Assembly (NCBI GenBank): GCA_965237955.1 | Contig: OZ250169.1 | Location: 7,040,001 to 7,104,000, forward strand | DNA: 64,000 nt | Reading direction: 5' to 3' | From: Candidatus Marinacidobacterales bacterium | Lineage (GTDB): Bacteria; Acidobacteriota; Vicinamibacteria; Marinacidobacterales; SMYC01 | In this document: positions 61,852 through 64,000 of the stretch, piece by piece | Numbering within the stretch: the stretch's first letter is position 1 | How the letters are laid out: every line of letters begins with the position of its first letter | Notes under the pieces: model-generated | What the model was told of the DNA's origin: nothing | Database searches by the model: none | What the model saw: only the letters and a program-made list of their open reading frames with translations | Program-made: the position numbers and the translations under genes

Positions 61852-64000
61852 TCAATCCTGTCTTTGTGCGGCGGAATACCACTCCCAGAAACCGGGAAGC
61901 CCGCTCCCTGCCGGTGCTCGAATGCGGAGTGCGTCGGCGCCTTCCGCTGCACGCTCCTCGTCGCGATCCATCATCAAAGCAAGAATGCGGTACTGCGCGA
62001 GCTCGATCGCGCCGGGATCGAGGCTGAGCGCTCGCTCGAGATCGACTACGGCTTCTCGGTATCGGCGGTGCGAAAAACCGCGCGCCGCTCGGAAGTAGTG
62101 GATGCCCGGGTCTTGCACGCCCGCCGCCGCGGCCCGTTCCGCAATCGCGAGGTCATGGTCGTTCAGGTTGAGCAATATCAGCGGTAGCGCGCGAAGCCTG
62201 GAAGTCGTGAGCGCGTCGTCGAGCTCGGCAAGTGTCGTCGCCTCGCCTTCGAAGTGCCGGTTGAGTACACCCTGAAAGCGGAAGTACTCGCGGCGCGCGG
62301 CGCGAGCGCCTTCCGGCCAGTAGCGCTCGATCCATTCGCTTTCGTAAAAGCGCGTCTCGGCACCGTCGATCGCCATCACCCGCTGGTACTCCTCCATCGC
62401 GGGGTAGAAATCGGTGCCGTGATATTGGATGCGCGACGAGATGCGGTGCGGGTAGTTGTCTTCCAGAACCGCGACGTCGCCGATCCAATCCTCGAGAAAC
62501 GCGGCGTCGCCTAGAAAGAGCGTGCCGAGCTGCCCGGGATGCTCGACACCGATGACCGCGAGTCCCCCGCTGATTCCGGGACGAGACCAGATACTGTCGA
62601 ACTGACCATCGCTCACCGGCTTGGGCTCGTCGCGGCTTCCGACGAGCATCCATTCGGTCCCTGCCCCGCTCCACAGCGAGCAGTCGGCAAAGGCAGCGCA
62701 AAAAGCTTTGCTGATCGCCTTCGCCTCGTCCAGTCCCAATTGATAGACGGGAAACCAGTAGGTCGCGAGCCCGCCGGGTGCCAAACGGTCATGGAGCAGC
62801 TGAAAGTATTCCCTCGTGTAGAGATTGACGATACCGGCGTTTTTTGGCGGAGGCGGCTCCGCAGTAATAATGTCGTAGCGGGTCCCGCTCGTCTGCAGGA
62901 AGAAGCGACCGTCTTCGATATGCACCTTGACGCGCGGATTATCGAGCGGGTGCGCTTCAGGAAACATTCCGACTTCTTTGTTCAGCTCGAGAACGCTCTC
63001 CGATATGTCAACGACGTCGATGGTCTCGAGGGCATCGATGTGAGTAAGCGCTTTCGCGGTGATGCCGACACCGTAGCTGATGAGGAGCGCTTTTTTCGGC
63101 TCCGGATGCATCGCGGCGGGCCAGTACGCGAACAGACTCATGTAGCGCTCGGAGCGCAGGATGCTGGCCGACATCGCAAAGCCGTTCGTGATCAACCTGA
63201 AATGGCGCGGCACGTCCCACAGATCGCTCCTCAAATAGATCGCTGTCTCGGTGCGGCCTTCGCGCATAGCCACGCGATGGGAGCCATCCATCATGTGAAG
63301 TCTCGTGCTCATGGGGATGTAGTGGTTCTGCATCAAGCCGAACGGGAATAAGAGGAAGAGGATGAACGTGCCCACCCCGACGAGCCTCGAGACAATCGTC
63401 TCTTCGCGGGAGCGCGCTTTCGCCCCGCTTACGGATGTCACAGATGTTCCAGCCCCGAAGCTCGCGACCGCCACGCCACAATAGGCGAAGCCCAGTAGAA
63501 AAATCGTCCACTCGACGCCCACAATAGGTATGAGCAAGAAGCCGGCGAGGAGTGACCCGAGCATCGCTCCCATCGTGTTGGCGAACGTGATCTCGGCGGT
63601 CGCCTTCGTCGCATCACCGAGCTCGTCTCCGAGAGCGCGACCGAAGAACGTGAACAGGATTCCCGAGAGAAAGCTCACGGGACCGCAGAGGCCGAGGGTG
63701 ATGAAAAATGCCGTGCGCGGGTCGGGCACGGGCTTGATCGGAAACGGCCCGTACAGACCGAAACCATCATCGAAGAGGATGTAGGTGAACGCGGTGTAGA
63801 TCGCCGAACCCAGCGCGACGATTGGGGCATGTCGGTAGTCGCCGGGGCGCGTCCCGAGCCAGAGAGACGCCACGATCCCGCCCGCGGCAATCCCGAGCAG
63901 AACCACCGAGAGCATCACGGCAAAAATGAGGCTGCTCCCGAGGACGAACAGCTGGAGGAATCGGAACCACACGACTTCGAGGCCGAGAAGGAGCGCGCCG
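61852..64000 (-). CDS. Fused membrane/spermidine synthase-like methyltransferase with C-terminal TPR; 5' end outside window
   Basis: ALLGLEVVWFRFL, ANTMGAMLGS, ISYGVGIT, EDGRFFL, YDIITAEPPPP, NLYTREYF. Confidence 0.85.
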   Translation of the reverse strand, partial: GALLLGLEVVWFRFLQLFVLGSSLIFAVMLSVVLLGIAAGGIVASLWLGTRPGDYRHAPIVALGSAIYTAFTYILFDDGFGLYGPFPIKPVPDPRTAFFITLGLCGPVSFLSGILFTFFGRALGDELGDATKATAEITFANTMGAMLGSLLAGFLLIPIVGVEWTIFLLGFAYCGVAVASFGAGTSVTSVSGAKARSREETIVSRLVGVGTFILFLLFPFGLMQNHYIPMSTRLHMMDGSHRVAMREGRTETAIYLRSDLWDVPRHFRLITNGFAMSASILRSERYMSLFAYWPAAMHPEPKKALLISYGVGITAKALTHIDALETIDVVDISESVLELNKEVGMFPEAHPLDNPRVKVHIEDGRFFLQTSGTRYDIITAEPPPPKNAGIVNLYTREYFQLLHDRLAPGGLATYWFPVYQLGLDEAKAISKAFCAAFADCSLWSGAGTEWMLVGSRDEPKPVSDGQFDSIWSRPGISGGLAVIGVEHPGQLGTLFLGDAAFLEDWIGDVAVLEDNYPHRISSRIQYHGTDFYPAMEEYQRVMAIDGAETRFYESEWIERYWPEGARAARREYFRFQGVLNRHFEGEATTLAELDDALTTSRLRALPLILLNLNDHDLAIAERAAAAGVQDPGIHYFRAARGFSHRRYREAVVDLERALSLDPGAIELAQYRILALMMDRDEERAAEGADALRIRAPAGSGLPGFWEWYSAAQRQD

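Overview
GC-rich bacterial chromosome segment; gene content suggests Acidobacteriota, probably Vicinamibacteria (inferred). The left third is housekeeping: fadJ (partial), tonB, a Ser/Thr kinase, the icd-mdh-sucCD-ndk-dcd-dUTPase operon, the recG-rsmD-coaD-aminotransferase operon, a diguanylate cyclase, coaBC and tRNA-fMet. A decayed tRNA-anchored island follows, then gdhB, lhr, an amidase, tag, leuACD and peptidoglycan-recycling genes. The best candidate for a new system is at 43.8-49.5 kb. A degenerate-SIR2+TIR protein is translationally coupled to a membrane-anchored nSTAND1 NTPase with a 35-aa-repeat coiled-coil stalk and an extracytoplasmic non-catalytic FGE/SUMF1 domain, followed by a secreted PKD protein. 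Three IS elements (IS256, IS5, ISAzo13) have visible terminal repeats, and a 53-bp IS1595/ISNwi1-like MITE splits lhr. Nonsense codons, frameshifts and deletion junctions are frequent, which indicates genome erosion or assembly error. All calls come from reading motifs by eye; no database searches were run.
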